A stretch of DNA of 64,000 bases, from contig CAMJLD010000002.1 of NCBI GenBank assembly GCA_946406645.1, positions 6,974-70,973 on the forward strand, given 5' to 3'. Shown here in pieces: positions 63,872 through 64,000 of this stretch. Numbering within the stretch: the first letter of the stretch is position 1; the number at the start of each line of letters is the position of its first letter. Position numbers and translations under genes: made by a program. Source of the stretch: an uncultured Candidatus Saccharibacteria bacterium (lineage in GTDB: Bacteria; Patescibacteriota; Saccharimonadia; Saccharimonadales; Saccharimonadaceae). The notes beneath the pieces are model-generated. The model was not told where the DNA came from and made no database searches. It saw only the letters and a program-made list of their open reading frames with translations.

Positions 63872-64000
63872 TTAATCTTTGTAAATCGTTTTTGTCTCGC
63901 CTTCGACAATGAAGACGCCTGAATCATTGAGCACGATTGGCGTTAGGCTGCGAGCGGGGAGTTGTTTGACGGCTTCTTCGCAGTATTTCGCGAAACGGTC
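63872..64000 (-). CDS. 3' end of an unidentified minus-strand gene (N-terminus beyond window)
   Basis: Own translation of an open frame from the window edge: ...DRFAKYCEEAVKQLPARSLTPIVLNDSGVFIVEGETKTIYKD*, with stop TAA at 63874-63872. It is not in the ORF track because no start lies in the window. Confidence 0.4.
   Translation of the reverse strand, partial: DRFAKYCEEAVKQLPARSLTPIVLNDSGVFIVEGETKTIYKD

Overview
This 64-kb chromosomal window is best assigned to a Saccharibacteria (TM7) / Patescibacteria-type genome. The 16S gene carries sequences I recall as TM7-specific oligo targets (TAAAACATAAAGGAATTGACGG at 14916-14937, GGAAGGAGGGGATGATGTCAGGTC near 15170-15200) and U at E. coli position 912. 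The genetic code is standard, since normal TGA, TAA and TAG stops all occur.

Most of the window is compact housekeeping:
- Translation: rplT, rpmI, infC, rpsA, infB, fmt, def, rpsU, map, ileS, rplU, rpmA.
- DNA metabolism: gyrB, gyrA, priA, recJ, mutM, holA-like, xseAB, recO, dut.
- Division and other: ftsA, ftsZ, nrdR, glmM, adk, rseP.
- RNA genes: tmRNA, a stand-alone 16S rRNA, and one tRNA-Ile(GAU).

Interspersed accessory content:
1. A tightly coupled 3-gene operon ending in a 978-aa membrane-anchored TraG/VirD4/HerA-like P-loop ATPase. It sits just downstream of tmRNA and a 1-kb gene-free, motif-rich region.
2. A 0.78-kb gene-free region (16430-17207) packed with GGC-A(4-6)-TGKGSC motifs, helically phased A-tracts, a consensus minus-strand promoter and candidate sRNA(s).
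3. Several surface/secreted-protein loci. These include a DUF285/BspA-like protein with 14 tandem 81-bp repeats, LPKTG/MPKTG sorting-signal proteins, and a 4-gene secreted operon (three TasA/camelysin-like small proteins plus a beta-helix adhesin) between the normally adjacent rplU and rpmA.

Other notable points:
- A 30-bp perfect palindrome is present three times, and two copies bracket the 16S gene.
- The 16S unit is unlinked, with its own promoter, processing stem and terminator.
- A histidine-phosphatase gene is frameshifted in a G8 tract.
- NrdR lacks all four zinc-ribbon cysteines.
- The ileS T-box leader has an apparent AUA specifier.
- Nine genes show a TAnAAT-N6/7-ATG geometry suggesting leaderless mRNAs.

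No CRISPR array, transposase or integrase was seen. All functional calls come from motif recognition by eye; no database search was run.
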